The position numbers and the translations under genes are program-made. Under the pieces are notes generated by a model. It saw nothing but the letters and a program-made list of their open reading frames with translations, was not told where the DNA came from and did not search any database. DNA of 8,091 nucleotides from Verrucomicrobia bacterium UBA3869 (GTDB lineage Bacteria > Verrucomicrobiota > Verrucomicrobiia > Opitutales > UBA9783), in NCBI GenBank assembly GCA_002392285.1, contig DGGR01000042.1, positions 1 through 8,091 of the forward strand, read 5' to 3'. This document shows, one piece after another, positions 6,115 through 8,091 of this stretch; positions within the stretch are counted from its first letter, which is position 1; each line of letters begins with the position of its first letter.

Positions 6115-8091
6115 TCACTCCTTATTAAAACTTGTTGCTTCTTGTTGAGGCGAAATCAAACGAACATCGAATGCCAAACCTCGCATTTCATTCAATAATA
6201 CCAAGAATGATTGCGGCAGGTTCGCATGTAATGAATGCTTACCCTTAACAATAGACTCGTAAAATTGTACGCGTCCTTGAACATCGTCCGATTTAACCGT
6301 AATCATTTCTTTCAGTAAATAAGCCGCTCCATAAGCTTCTAAAGCCCAGACTTCCATTTCGCCAAATCGCTGACCTCCGAATTGCGCTTTACCTCCTAAA
6401 GGCTGTTGGGTGATCAAGCTATAAGGGCCAACCGCACGAGCATGAACCTTGTTAGCGACCAAGTGATTCAACTTCAACATGTGCGTATAACCCACCGTAA
6501 CTTGTTGATAGAAAGGATCACCAGTATAACCATCATACAAGGTTACTTTACCGCTCTCCGGCAATTTCGCCTTTTTCAAGAACTTCTTGATGGATTGCTC
6601 TGAAGCACCATCAAAAACAGGCGTCGTAATACGAATTCCTAACGCTTTACAAGCCCACCCCAAGTGACATTCCAAAATCTGACCTACGTTCATTCGGCTT
6701 GGTACACCCAACGGATTTAAAATAATATCTACCGGTTTACCATTGGCTAAGAACGGCATATCCTGTTGGGGAACAATACGCGAAACAACACCTTTATTTC
6801 CGTGTCGACCGGCCATTTTATCCCCTACCTGTATCTTGCGTTTAACCGCAATCAATACAGTGACTTTCTTAATGGAACCTTCTTCGGAACCGGTATCTTC
6901 TAGGTGCTTTATTTTTCCCTCATATTCCGATTTTAACTCGTCAAATTTAGCATTAAACGAGGCTAAAATTTCATCTAATTTTTCCTTAACCGGCGAATCC
7001 TCAATGGACAAATGATCTTTGTTGGCCGCTAAAGAACGCAAAGCAGTTTTGGTAATTTTCTTATTCGCCTTAACAATAAAAGCTCCACTGGCAGCATCCA
7101 TAATATTCAAGGAAATTTTTTCTCCCAAAAATATGTTCGATAATGCTTCTGTTAAGTCATCGCGAACTGCTGCTACATCCAAGGCATACTGAGCATCAAT
7201 TTTCTTGCGTTTACGATCCAAATCCTTTTCAGTAATTTCTTCCTTTGGATTGACGTTATCTCCGCGGCTAATGCGCACTTCCATAACAATTCCAGTGCAT
7301 CCTGGAGGCGCAATCATGGAAGAATCCTTAACATCTGCCGCTTTTTCACCGAAAATGGTACGTAAAAGCTTCTCTTCAGGAGATAATTCCGTCTCTCCTT
7401 TTGGCGTAATTTTACCAACCAAAATATCTCCTGGGCGTACTTCAGAACCAATACAAATAATACCGTTGCGATCTAAACGACTTAACGCTTCCTCGCTCAC
7501 ATTCGGAATATCGCGCGTAATCTCTTCGGGTCCAAGTTTTGTATCATTTGCGAGCGTCTCATATTCTTCAATATGAATCGACGTAAACACATCCTCTTTA
7601 ATGATACGGTCACTCAGGATAATAGCATCTTCGAAATTATACCCATACCAAGGCATATATGCGACCATAACATCCGATCCCAATGCTAATTCGCCATGTT
7701 CTATTGACATACCATCAGACAAGATTTGTCCTTTGGTCACTTTGTCGCCCAAATGGACAATCGGTCGTTGGTTAATGCATGTTGAAGCATTAGACCGCAT
7801 AAACTTGTTCAAATGATAAACATAAATACCCTTCTTAGGATCGGTGGTTAACGTTTGACTTTTGGCAGGTAACTTACCATCTGGGGTTACAACAATCCAA
7901 CCGCCATCAACTGCTGCTATTTTCCCATCGCTTTCTGCAATAATCACCGAACGCGAATCTTTAGCAACCAAGCTTTCGACCCCGGTTCCTACCAAAGGAG
8001 CTTTCGGGCACAACAAAGGAACCGCCTGACGTTGCATGTTAGCACCCATCAACGCACGGCTTCCATCATCGTGCTCCAAGAACGGAATCAA
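6115..8091 (-). CDS. rpoB: DNA-directed RNA polymerase subunit beta, C-terminal ~658 residues; 5' end lies beyond the right window edge
   Basis: Open frame from the window edge to TGA at 6117..6115. Motifs: [123 protein letters not shown]. The leading 'M' in the track is a TTG that corresponds to the internal Leu of LIPFLEHDD, not a start codon. Confidence 0.98.
   Translation of the reverse strand: MIPFLEHDDGSRALMGANMQRQAVPLLCPKAPLVGTGVESLVAKDSRSVIIAESDGKIAAVDGGWIVVTPDGKLPAKSQTLTTDPKKGIYVYHLNKFMRSNASTCINQRPIVHLGDKVTKGQILSDGMSIEHGELALGSDVMVAYMPWYGYNFEDAIILSDRIIKEDVFTSIHIEEYETLANDTKLGPEEITRDIPNVSEEALSRLDRNGIICIGSEVRPGDILVGKITPKGETELSPEEKLLRTIFGEKAADVKDSSMIAPPGCTGIVMEVRISRGDNVNPKEEITEKDLDRKRKKIDAQYALDVAAVRDDLTEALSNIFLGEKISLNIMDAASGAFIVKANKKITKTALRSLAANKDHLSIEDSPVKEKLDEILASFNAKFDELKSEYEGKIKHLEDTGSEEGSIKKVTVLIAVKRKIQVGDKMAGRHGNKGVVSRIVPQQDMPFLANGKPVDIILNPLGVPSRMNVGQILECHLGWACKALGIRITTPVFDGASEQSIKKFLKKAKLPESGKVTLYDGYTGDPFYQQVTVGYTHMLKLNHLVANKVHARAVGPYSLITQQPLGGKAQFGGQRFGEMEVWALEAYGAAYLLKEMITVKSDDVQGRVQFYESIVKGKHSLHANLPQSFLVLLNEMRGLAFDVRLISPQQEATSFNKE
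6118..6123 (-). promoter_or_regulatory. Possible Shine-Dalgarno AAGGAG for rpoC, embedded in the last two sense codons of rpoB
   Basis: Sense strand reads AAGGAG TGATGGG ATG, giving 7-nt spacing to the rpoC ATG. The hexamer also encodes Lys-Glu of rpoB. The other three starts in the window have no comparable SD, so this could be coincidental. Confidence 0.35.

Noticed and set aside
6113-6115. ATG overlapping the rpoB TGA stop (TGATG) as an alternative coupled start
   Set aside because: It is out of frame with rpoC and terminates after about 14 codons. The in-frame ATG at 6110 gives the conserved beta-prime N-terminus.
2089-6198. Eleven plus-strand and two out-of-frame minus-strand ORFs of 70-123 aa in the track, lying inside or straddling rpoC (e.g. 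2089..2460, 3076..3432, 4245..4568, 5760..6074)
   Set aside because: All lie within or overlap the strongly supported rpoC reading frame. Their translations are low-complexity or hydrophobic with no recognisable motifs. They are typical shadow ORFs of a long gene.
6406-7816. Plus-strand ORFs antisense to rpoB (6406..6603, 6743..7015, 7205..7576, 7601..7816)
   Set aside because: Same reasoning: they are antisense shadows of a highly conserved CDS, with no start context or motifs.
8089-8091. The 'M' start given by the track for the rpoB ORF at the window edge
   Set aside because: The codon is TTG and aligns with the internal Leu of the conserved LIPFLEHDD motif roughly halfway through beta. 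The true start is upstream, outside the window.
1-8091. Search for tRNA/rRNA, CRISPR repeats, inverted or direct repeats, IS ends, or defence or accessory cargo
   Set aside because: None seen by eye. Essentially the entire window is accounted for by five conserved housekeeping CDSs, so there is no room for an accessory system.

Overview
The whole window is one tightly packed minus-strand core cluster: rpoB (3' part, 5' end beyond the right edge), rpoC, rpsL, rpsG and fusA (5' part, running off the left edge). Spacers are 4, 78, 6 and 15 nt, so almost every base is coding. fusA is missing from the supplied ORF track because it has no stop codon inside the window. I translated it by hand, and it is open for 362 codons with all EF-G G-domain motifs. 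I see no RNA genes, CRISPR, mobile elements, repeats, or defence or accessory genes, and no evidence of a novel multi-gene system. This is an ordinary housekeeping locus. What merits a second look is at residue level. The beta-prime subunit departs non-conservatively from several motifs that are near-invariant in the E. coli, Bacillus and Thermus sequences as I recall them. These are the trigger-loop Met-Arg pair (here Leu-Trp), all four Cys of the second zinc site, the PSR motif after the zinc ribbon, the rudder arginines and the C-terminal VRQM motif. S12 also carries Ala and Pro at the Arg86 and Lys88 positions of the streptomycin/accuracy loop. Beta, S7 and EF-G in the same operon look canonical. 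All comparisons come from remembered reference sequences, not a database search. Taxon cannot be fixed from the sequence. An SI3-type trigger-loop insertion and some remembered chlamydial-like beta-prime stretches weakly suggest a Gram-negative, possibly PVC-like, moderately AT-rich lineage.
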